DNA of 64,000 bases from Bigelowiella natans CCMP2755 (Eukaryota > Protista > Cercozoa), in assembly GCA_000320545.1 (NCBI GenBank), contig ADNK01001927.1, positions 129,232-193,231 on the forward strand, read 5' to 3'. This document shows, one piece after another, positions 13,509 to 23,696 of this stretch. Position 1 is the first letter of the stretch. Every line of letters begins with the position of its first letter. The position numbers were made by a program, and so were the translations under genes. The notes under the pieces were generated by a model. That model saw nothing but the letters and a program-made list of their open reading frames with translations, ran no database searches and had not been told where the DNA came from.

Positions 13509-15327
13509 ACTTCCTCCCATCTTCAGAATAAAAAATATATAAAGTATATAAAAGTGCTATTATATTGTCTGTTCTACTCGTTGGTGTGATTAAGCATGAG
13601 GCGGCCGATGTAGTCCATGTCCTTTACATTGCCAAAATGCGTTGGTTCCTCGTATCTAACAACATATTTACCACGCTACGTTTAGAGAATAATGCATGTG
13701 CATTTACTGCTGTTGCTGCTATGTGTTTCTTCTTCTTCTTCCTCCTCCTCTTCTTTTACTAGTACTACTCGACACTCAGACGTCATATCGTCGTCAAAAT
13801 TGAAGGGAGTAGGGCAGAAGAGCAGCATAGTTGTAGTAGTAGTAGTAGTAGTAGAAAGAAATAGAGTAGTAGTAGTAGTAGTAGTAGTAGTTGTTGTAGT
13901 AGTAAAGAAGTAGGTGCACCAACGGAGGATAGCAGCGTGACAGTTCACTCAAGCGACATGATCAGTAAGAAACTTACGACAGTTGTTAACGCTGTGTTGA
14001 TTGATGGATGATGGCGGGGTGATAAACGAATTTAATACCTTTTCTTCGCCATCTCTTCCAATTCGCTTGCCGTAAAAAACCTCTTCTTTTGTTGACTTTT
14101 CCCTTCCATTTCGATTAGACTACTGCCGCTTGTGCTGCTAGGTTTTATGGTCGAGGGCTTTTCACCAAAATTTCTTATCCTGCCTTTACGAATGCCTCCT
14201 CCTGTACTGGTTCTCAATCGTCCGTTGTCATCATCACAATCTTTGCTTTTCGTTTTCCCACTTTTCTTCTTCTTTTTCTTCAATATCGTCAATGCCCCTT
14301 TGCTTTTCTTGAGCAGCCTTCGTTCCACAAGCTTCGCCATTGAGTCCCTATCTGGAAGCTGGTCCTTACGAAGATGTACATAAACGGCTTCATCCTTAAC
14401 GCCACCAACCATACCTCTGCCTCCTGGGCAGTAATTTTATCAAATACTTTACATAATGTATAAGTGAATATGACTTTAATGATATCACCGTTGTTAGACT
14501 ACTACAACCTTTTCCACGGCATTTCATACCGTACTTTCCCTGGTATTCTCTTGCTCCAATGTTACCCTCGCTCCCAACGACCGAATTCGGTGGCACTCCG
14601 GAGACTACAGAACTTCCTTCTACAAACTGCTTGGTGGAAAGGGGGGTGATGGATTCAGCACTGGATGATAATGATGATGCCAATTTAAGATCGGCTTTGT
14701 TCTTTGGTAATGATGATGAGGAGGAGGAGGAGGAGGAGGCCTTCTGTTCCCCCTCTTGCTGTTTTTGCTCGTAGTCACGATTACAATTGGGAGAAGATAC
14801 GGCAGCAGATAATTTGTTGCCATTTTCCTGCTGCTGCAGGTGGTGATTGAGGGACAAGTCTCCCATCATCGAAGCAGTGCACATTTCCGTGACACTAGCA
14901 AGGCAAGTTTGTAGAAGCTCTATTTGTGAGGGAGAAAAGTGCAGTTTGGGGTCGATTGAAGCATCAAGAACCCAGTAGTCCTTGTCAGCTGATACAAACT
15001 GGAATCCAAGTGCAGTAAGAACCTCCTTTGGAAGTCAATAAATAATATGAACAGCAGGATATTATAATTTGACTACTAGTTTCACAATGCTAGGAAACAG
15101 TACACCTCTGAGCCGTGGAGAGAGCCGAGAACTTCCTTGATCTTTCGGTTGAATAATGGGATTTTTCTGTACTTCATCTCCAACGGATGCAAGAGAACAT
15201 TTTTCACAATTTTGCTGAAAATCTTTAATGCCTTCAAGAGCTGAGTAGGTCTCTCGATATTGGTCGCCAGGAAGGCATCAAGTACCACCGAAAACCGGGT
15301 CTCCGACGACGAAGAAGTCAGAGACAT
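12549..15327 (-). CDS. PUB domain + CAP (SCP/Tpx-1/Ag5/PR-1, YkwD-like) domain protein, 6 exons
   Basis: Exons 15327-15106, 15025-~14509, 14423-14039, 13655-13578, 13147-12816 and 12649-12549 splice in frame with GT-AG introns. PUB: KALKIFSKIVKNVLLHPLEMKYRKIPLFNRKI...EVLTALGF. CAP: NHTNEFRKQNG...HSKMM...FGHDGF...AENVA...GWINSPGHRKNLL...CGIGV...YATQIF. Confidence 0.85.
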
Positions 15328-15976
15328 GGTGGGCAGCTGCTGAGATATAGATATCGGAAGGCCGGAAATGAGGAATGGAAGAGGACAGTCCTTCAATGCT
15401 CTCAACGTAGTAGTGCTAACTACTAATCAGTACCATCAATATAAAAATTATAGTCCGCTTTTTCTCCACGGTCGCGGGTATTTGCGGCAAGAAGTGATAA
15501 CGGCAAAATTGTATTGCGAGAAGATCGCTTCTCACAGCTGGAAGAAGTCATTAGAAATGTACATGTTCATACATCATTTGAATCCGTGTGCCTTGCATTC
15601 TTAGCAGACCTACGATACTCAAGACGTCGCCATCATCGTGAATCGACGGAAGCTTGTAGGGAAAGGAAGCATTTACTATTTTTTTAGCGTATTAACATTT
15701 TAAGTACGAGTATTAAATCTGAATAAGAATGACCCATGACGCCTTGACGAAAAGGGTGCCATTTTAGGATTTCTTTCCATTAGTGTTGAGTGTTGTTGGA
15801 TGGGATGTCGTAGACGTCTAAGTTAGTTAGTTAATCCTTGTCGTTGAACTCATCATTCATCTGCTAATGCCTTATACCAAACATATCCTAAAATGTATTG
15901 CATTCTTTGATATCAATTCCAAGAATAAGAGTGTTAATTGACATTGCGAAAGTCAAAAAATCATGAGGTAATATGC

Positions 15977-16037
15977 AACAACAAGAACAACAACAAGAAC
16001 AACAACAACAAAGACAACAACAACAAGAACAACAAAG

Positions 16038-16099
<62 letters not shown>
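15977..16099. repeat. (AAC)n microsatellite just upstream of the gene at 16128
   Basis: About 40 imperfect AAC units. Confidence 0.95.
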
Positions 16100-16100
<1 letters not shown>

Positions 16101-16127
16101 CTGGGGTACATACTAACCGGCTACTAA

Positions 16128-16937
16128 ATGGCGGCGTTAGCTCGGAGGTGCGCGCTATGTCTATTGTCTGGATTGAGGGTGAATAGAGTCAGGAAACTAT
16201 CCACCCTGCAACGACCACGATATGTACTATCTGCTACAGTTTCCCAAACCTCCAGTGCCACTAAGGCTGAGCAGAATCAGAATGAGCGCAAAGAAGAAAC
16301 ACGTGAAGAGAGTGAAGCCCAGAAAGGAGGAATTCCATGGTCAGAGAACATAACACTTTCGACCTAACAACATATGGAGTACTTTTAATGTCCTTCGAGC
16401 TCTATCTGAGCACAATGTCGTCCCTGATCTTAGCAATTAAAGCACACTGAGAGCAGTACAACTTTACTTTAACAATAGCTGCGAAATACGCTAGTAGATT
16501 AAATTAATTTGAGTGATGTGGTATCACTGAACTTAGGTTTGCTATATTCCTTAATGTTTCAGTTCCTTCCTTCATATACTGGTATAATTACTATAAACGC
16601 CGATAACACACAAGCGACTGAGCAGCATCTTCTATTTGTTTTCTAAAATGAAGGCTGGTGAAGAGGCGCCTTAGGGAACCATTTGAGAAGGTTAGTGCTC
16701 ATCATCTGTCTCATTTTATATTTGACATGAAGATATAATATTCTTAGGAAGCCGAAAAAAGAATTTCTATTCACCGCAGCGAAATGGAGTTATGCATTCA
16801 ATTTCAATCTACATAATGCAATAAAGTTAACTTTTGGTGTAATGCTGTCAGATATTTGATCCGTAAAACTCAGTTCACTGCTAAACAACTGCATTGGCTG
16901 AAGGTCATTGCGGAACATATAACTAATCTATTCTTTT

Positions 16938-16973
<36 letters not shown>

Positions 16974-18959
16974 TCTAAAAAATGACATTCTTTCAAGTAA
17001 TCTTGTATCCCTTCTTTTTATGGTAATATTATATAATATGCACACGACCGGCAGCCAATTCTCTGTTTATAACAAAAAATATAACAATATTACGGTTGTT
17101 TGTTGGTGTATGTAGAAATATGCTCGTGAACGGTTCAGTGGTGGTGTGGCACACGCGGACGATTGGGGAGAGTTCCTTCTTTTCATCTTAAACGGTTGTT
17201 TGCACGTAGTGACGACAACGACGTCGATGGAGATAATAAAATCGACGACAACGTCAATATTTACTTCACTTTAGCGACATTTTGTGATAGAGTTTTCCAT
17301 CCTTCAATCATAATCATCGTGCTGTCATCATAATTTTGCATGGCCAATAAGCTCAAAGTAAGGTTGCTGTTGCTCTTTAGAAATTGAACTACATAAGCGA
17401 AATAAAGAGGGATTCGACAGCAATGAAGGTCTGATTCGTAGTAGTGACGGCTTGTTTTATAAAATTCAAATCCTTGGGTAATGCTTAATTTCTAGATAAA
17501 AGCAAACCGGATAAAAATGAGAAAAAAATGGATTCTTGGGATGCTTTGGTAACAATTAATTGGAGAATTGTCGCATGTTTAGCAAAGGTTGTTATTGAGA
17601 TAATAGTTTAGTCTCATGTAATTTGATGACTACTAGGTTTTATATCGTGAATCCCCACAGCTGCTTCCCACTGGGATATCATCATCTAGTCAGAAGAATG
17701 GTGGTGGTGGTGGTGGAATGGTAGTCGATGTCGAGGAGCTTCTTTCTGGACTATCTGTTCTCGCTATTGACAAGTAATATCAGCATCACCACCACCGTAT
17801 TCTTTTGCATCATTCAAATCAAGCGTACAGTTGTTATTAATAGTGCCTATCATATTTCGATTTATCGTTAGTAGCACCGCTAACATTGTGGATGATGCTG
17901 ACTACGGATTAGGATAATTGATGATGAAGAACTAGAGAAAAAGAAAAATAAGAATGAAAGCGATGGGTTCAAGCCGCGAATGAAACCAGATCCTTGGGCA
18001 AAGTAGTATAATTGCTGATTCTATTCAAGTGAACGATTAATCTGATATTATTACCTGATTCTCGGTAGGTTTGATCTCGCATGGAGCCTCGTTGATGCAG
18101 ACGGAGATGGAAAACTCACAAAGAAAGAATTCGCCATTTTCTGCGACAGGCTAATTCGTTTTGGGTATCATGAATTATAATTTTTGAAGATCACGTACAC
18201 TACTTTACTAATTTGGTTGTCATAATTGAAGGTACCTGAAATCAGATTGTTTAGTGCAGCAAACTACAGTTTTACCCCAGTAAGTAGAAGATGTCAGAAG
18301 AATCTTAGAGATCCACAGCTCTCCCAACTATTTGAGCGAATGAGCTGATGCATTTCTTTCTTTCTCATTGTACCATTCTCATGATATAATTAAACATTGT
18401 TGGGTTGCTGGTGCTATTTGAACTTGTATATTTCTCTCTATAGATTTCCACCTAAGTTTGAGATTCTGAATGGAACCAAAATGGCAGACATGTATTGGGA
18501 AGCGGTTCATTTTGAAAAGGCACAGAATAGTTCTACAAAAAAATACGATGGCGACGATGTCGAATTTACGGGAAGAACGATATCGTACAGCATTACTAAA
18601 TTAATGCATTAACAAAGACTTAATGAAATGGGTTTTTGAGGGGGAAAATCATTTGAGCACAGAAATATTAACGATTTTGTTACGGTTTATGTTTTTTACA
18701 GAAGAAAGATATTTGAAGAAGAGACGCAATCTCTAAGAATCGCTGATATCATCCACTTTTGGCATCTAGACTACGACAACACTGGATTTTTCAAATCGTA
18801 AACGCTAATAAAAAATTCAAATTGGCTAACTTTACGTAGAAAGCACATCATTAACACAAACAAATTGTTTGCTTAGTATTTACAAGAAGTATGCGGAAAT
18901 ATATGCGAGAAGCGAAAGAAAGAAATCAGTATCTCTTGGTACAGACGGAATGCAATGAA
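16128..18959 (+). CDS. EF-hand calcium-binding protein (NCS/calcineurin-B-like) with a mitochondrial-presequence-like N-terminus and one hydrophobic segment; many short exons
   Basis: MAALARRCALCLLSGLRVNRVRKLST (Arg-rich, no acidic residues); WFAIFLNVSVPSFIYWLV hydrophobic stretch; YLIRKTQFTAKQLHWLK; VDVEELLSGLSVL; FDLAWSLVDADGDGKLTKKEF canonical EF loop at ~18070-18140. The 3' end is approximate. Confidence 0.7.
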
Positions 18960-18999
18960 ATTGATACGTCAACGAGTTCATGTGATCTTATGACAAATT

Positions 19000-19857
19000 T
19001 CCACAAATTTCCCCCAGGATTACTGGAAAACAATCCAACATCGAAATCCTGCACTTGATTTCCTTAGTTCATGAAATCACCCTATGCAAAGCTCTACACC
19101 AACTTCCGCCACATGCACTGCACTGCACGGTCGCATAGCTTCACTTAGCCGGCTCTGCATGCGATGCGGCAGAAACCACTGCTGCAGGGAGTTAGCAAAT
19201 CGAGAGTGTGATGCTGGGCGCATCATGTAAATCGCTATCATCACGTGTCATTGATGTGAATTTGCAGCGTTGACTGTGCTAGTGCACTGACTGAAGAAGA
19301 GGATTTCAGAGCCACAGATCGAAGCAAAATTGAATCGTCTGATCGAAGACTAGCTTGGGCAAACCTAGAAACTGCTGCAGTGCGCAGCAGGCTAGCAGGG
19401 AACAAAATTTCGCTTGCATCACTGAGGCCAGGCTGCCAACTGTGGCTTTATACTCTCATCGATCAACGGCACTTGCTCTAGCACTGTCTAGCTGTTGCTG
19501 ATGATGTTGCACCGCGTGCAAAGAGAGAAGGCGCTCTTGTTCAAGGCTGACGGCCAAAATGAGCACGCAGCTCGCTAGCTTGGCCGGAAAGTCAGACGAG
19601 CCAGAGTGCCAGAGTCACGAGGAATTGTCGTCTTCCATCGCATCACGCGTGCATTGCGCGGCGAAAGCGACAACGAACCGACAACGAACCCCGCGAACCA
19701 ATCCAGCAATTGCTTGGTGGTGCTGGAGTGTGGCGTGTGGTTGAGTGCAGCTGTGTGAGCCGAAGTGCAAAAAAGCCATCGCGCATTGGCACACGTTGAC
19801 AGCAATGGCATGTCTGACTGAGCACAGGCGTTTCTGTGATGTGACGTTCGTGTGTGT

Positions 19858-19897
<40 letters not shown>

Positions 19898-21720
19898 TCG
19901 AAGTGATTCCAATGCCAGAATGGGTCGATCACATCGGAGCGGCGGTTGAAAGAGACATGGCTCAGACACGCTGGCTCGTCTGTGTCATCCTGCCCAATCA
20001 ATTGATCACTCAAGATTCAAGATTCAAGATTCAAGATTGGCATTCATTCGACATCATTCCAGTGCGCTCTGCGGTTTGCCACAGCTGCGCCGACAAAAAA
20101 AAGAAAGTGAGAAAGAGTGCTTTCATTGGCGATTGGAGAAGGCGAAGAGTTTGTTTCACGTCCACGTGCAACGTGCAAAGAAAGCACTCCGAATTGTTCA
20201 TTGAACGAGTGAATGAGTGAGTGAAGCACTTTCTCTGCTTTCAAAGCAAAGAATCGAAGGATCAACAAACGTGCCAACCTGGCAACCCATGAACAATGGA
20301 AGAAGCATTGATGCAAAAACAACACGAGAAAGAACCAAACAGGGAGACAATGAACAATGAACAATGAACAAAGCATTGATGCAAATCTGCGTGCGCCAGA
20401 AAGTTGCCACACGGGAACAATGAACAATGAACAATGAACAGGCACGCAACACGCACAAACCCAGAAACGTGTCGCTGCGCCTCAACAAAAATCATTGCGA
20501 GGACTTCTCAGCACCCTGTTGATGTTGAGCAAAAACAACCAGCAAATGTCCCAAGCTGAGGAAGCTGAGGACAATGAATCAGGGCTGGGTGCACTGTCTG
20601 TTGATTGGAAACAATGAAACAATGATGAAAAACTGCACTTCCAAAGTGTTGCAAGACACTTGCAGCGTGCAAAGTGCAGTGCCTCGAACTGGTTTCAGTG
20701 AGGACTGTGACTAGCGAATCAACTAGCTGGTTTGCCAAAATGGCATGACTTGGTCATTGAGAAGCAATGACATTGGCAGCAAAGTTCTGACGGCGCAAGA
20801 CCTCCACTCTGAGCAAAAACTTCCTGAAGGCCATGTCCACATGACGATCCACGATTGGACCATCTGAGGGGGCCCCCAGCAGGATTTTGGTTTTGGAGGA
20901 GTCTGGAGCGTCAAAGAATGAAGAGTGGCGGGAAGAAGCTGAACCCAGAGCTGATCTCATGTGCGAAAGAAGCTTGCATCTCTCTGCATTCAAGTGAGTG
21001 CAATGATGGATGAGGTGGTTGACACTTTGAACAACTTCAGCATTGCAAAGAGGACACACCGAGAAAGAGGGGGGCAAGTTGCAAATTTCAGCCCTGTGCT
21101 CCTCAGTTTCGCAAGTCCCAGCGCGGAGCTGAAGTTTGAGCAACACACCTGAATTGTCATGCCAATCATCAAGACAACACTCGAACAATCTGGAAGCTGG
21201 CCTTCCATGCTTCCAATGTGGCTCCTCGCCCAGGCTCTGGATCTGCAAATTGGGGCATCGGGTTTGACGAACGAGTGAAAGCTGCGACACAAGTTGCCAT
21301 TGGTGGACAGATGAGCCCTGACTCTGCGATTGAGGTCAACATCAACCAGTTTTGGATGGGACTGGTCCAAGTTGACCAACAGGTCCAAGCCACAGGCAGA
21401 TTGGTCACAGCCAGTGACACGGTGAAGAACAGACCTGACGTTGTGACCCCAACTTGAGCACAGAGCATCAGCCTGATCCAGGGACAGGAGCAGAAGATCC
21501 TTTGTCATGGATTCATCAGGTTGCTGACGCATCCTGCTTTTGGAGGTGCAGCCACAGTGTCCACGTCGGCGCATTGTCCTTCTTTTCACGAAAAGACGCG
21601 TTTTATGTTGTCGTTTTCATTTTTCTCTCGATGACATGTGGCCACTCTTCAAAAAAAAACTCTTCTGGAACGTCGGCGAGAAATCCAAATGGAGATCCGT
21701 CAGAGATCCGGAGATTGACA
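19000..21720. mobile_element. Repeat-derived block, almost TpA-free, containing a 5'-truncated LINE on the minus strand
   Basis: 4 TpA in 19501-21600, all in CTAG. LINE-like coding remnant at 20754-21589. Short heptamer arrays at 20011-20038, 20347-20371 and 20416-20440. Confidence 0.8.
20754..21589 (-). pseudogene. Frameshifted LINE ORF2 C-terminal fragment with CCHC zinc knuckle
   Basis: Overlapping ORFs 20990..21589 and 20754..21290. LKLQLRAG...CPLC-x9-H-x4-C-THLNAER...KILLG resembles non-LTR ORF2 C-termini. Neither ORF contains a Tyr. Confidence 0.75.
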
Positions 21721-22277
21721 TGCTAGTAGGTATTTTAAGGGGGGGAGACCCGAGATTTGATAAAGATCAAAATGTTACAGTTTTAAGAAGTGTTCAAAAT
21801 TATGTCCCACTGATGAATACAAAAATGTGGGATGTAACGTTGTCGCAATCAATGATAACATCTAGTTTCTGTTCTATTTTTTATCACTAGAATTTGGATA
21901 ATTCTTAGACACCGTTTTCGGTTGGAAACTGGAAGTGAACATTGGTGGCGTGGACGGTCCATGGTAGTCGCTGCTTCTCTGTGAAAATAATGTTACGTTG
22001 AAAAAAGGTTTTGCTTTCAACGCTCAAAAGATTACTTTTACATGAACTTCACAACATAGCTCCAGCTGGTTTATTTATGTCCATCGCACGTGCCAACTGG
22101 TATACAATTGAGAGAATTATCACCGTTAAGAAATTCGTATGCGTACAGGTTTCCCTTGATCTTCTCCGATTCTAAACGCAAGGATTACTTTAACATCACG
22201 AGGGCGTAGGTAGAAGTTGGACAGCTTGGGTTAAGCCGACGCAGGGAGAAAGTACTTCGTACTACTACTTCGCCAAT

Positions 22278-23654
22278 ATGAGCCAAGTGAAAAAGAAAAA
22301 TGTTGTAAACATGTCCCGGCTACATTTAGCAGCAGCCTCGGGCTCTATTACAGAGGTTTTGTGCTCCACACTAAAGATGTGTTTTGTTCCAGACAGTCAT
22401 TATTTATAACACCACTTTCAGTTGGACGAGCTTATTTCAATGAAATACGATGTGAATGCTGTCTCCAATGAGGTGAAAGCTCCTTGAAACTTGTGAAGCA
22501 TTAGGACCAATTAAAGTTACCATTGATATACAGAGTTCAAATGGAAGACAAACACCGCTAATGCTTGCCGCCAGAAATGGTCATCTGGAGCCAGTAATTA
22601 AATTGCTAAAATCGGGTAAGTAAGTAGTATCTATCTGCGACCACACTTCTATTTCCTATTTCGCAAGAACTAGTATTTGATTCATGCTGTATGTCTTATC
22701 GAAAAGGCGCCCACCTTGAGACTCAGGATTCGTACGGACAGACAGCCTTGCTGAGAGGTTTAAATATTTCAAAAGAAAGGATCAATAAATTAACTTCACG
22801 TTACGTTATTATAGGAATTCGCGGCAGGCAAATAGCCGTAATTAGGGTAATCCTTGAGCACAAAGCCAATCCAGATCACCAGGTGTGTAATCAGTACAAT
22901 ACTGCTGGTGGTGGTGTAATCTATCTCCATTATCAAAACCATGTACCTAATGTTGTCTTCGACATCATCCTTGACGGTTAATATCAGGACCACTATGGAG
23001 TTACTGCGCTGCACATGGCTGTGGAAATGGACAGTGCAGAGATGGTAGTTGTAGTAATACTAAGTAGTAGTAGTAGCAGCAGCAGCAGCAGCAGCAGCTT
23101 TAGGAGGCATATACTTCTGATTCTACTTCTGGTTCTACTTCTCTCATCTTATGGCTGTACGACAACACAATCTACTTTACAGGTATCTCTTCTTGTCGGC
23201 TTTGGGGCAAATGTGGAAAAAAAGAGTAATAATAAATGTCAATTTCCATTTATGACCCCATTCCGGCTCGCTTGCGCTCTCAACAGCTTGGAATCTGCTC
23301 AAGAGCTTCTCGACCTAAAGGTTTCATCCCAATAAACCTAAAAAAATCTGAATTATGCAACTCCACTAAACTACCTCTCCTTCTTAGGCCGACGTAGATT
23401 CAAAGGACGCTCATGGCACGACTGCCCTCTTAGATGCCCTCTCCAGACAGAGAAACGTAATTAAAATCTTGCAGCATGATTTGGTTGGGATTGGTATCTT
23501 TAAGGAGTGAAACTGTCATTATTATTTTGCGGAAAGGCATTTAAAAAGAAGAGTTACACCGACAGTTATTGGTTATATTTAGGATCTAATCTGTCTAATC
23601 CTCCGGCACAATCCAAATCTATATGCATCTTCACGACAGGTGATACTTAGCACA

Positions 23655-23696
<42 letters not shown>

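Noticed and set aside
19260-21720. CpG-methylation decay or classical RIP as the cause of the TG/CA excess
   Set aside because: CpG is plentiful here (cgcg, gcgcgg) and TpA is missing. RIP would enrich TpA and CpG decay would remove CpG.
19260-21720. Foreign high-GC or horizontally acquired DNA
   Set aside because: Long A and T runs persist and only TpA is lost. The same signature grades into flanking host DNA at several loci.
19559-21890. Dense overlapping ORFs on both strands, rich in Cys/His/Met (also at 46-1117, 11230-12369, 28330-29074)
   Set aside because: Expected by-product of TpA loss, which removes TAA and TAG stops in all six frames. They are not genes, apart from the LINE remnants.
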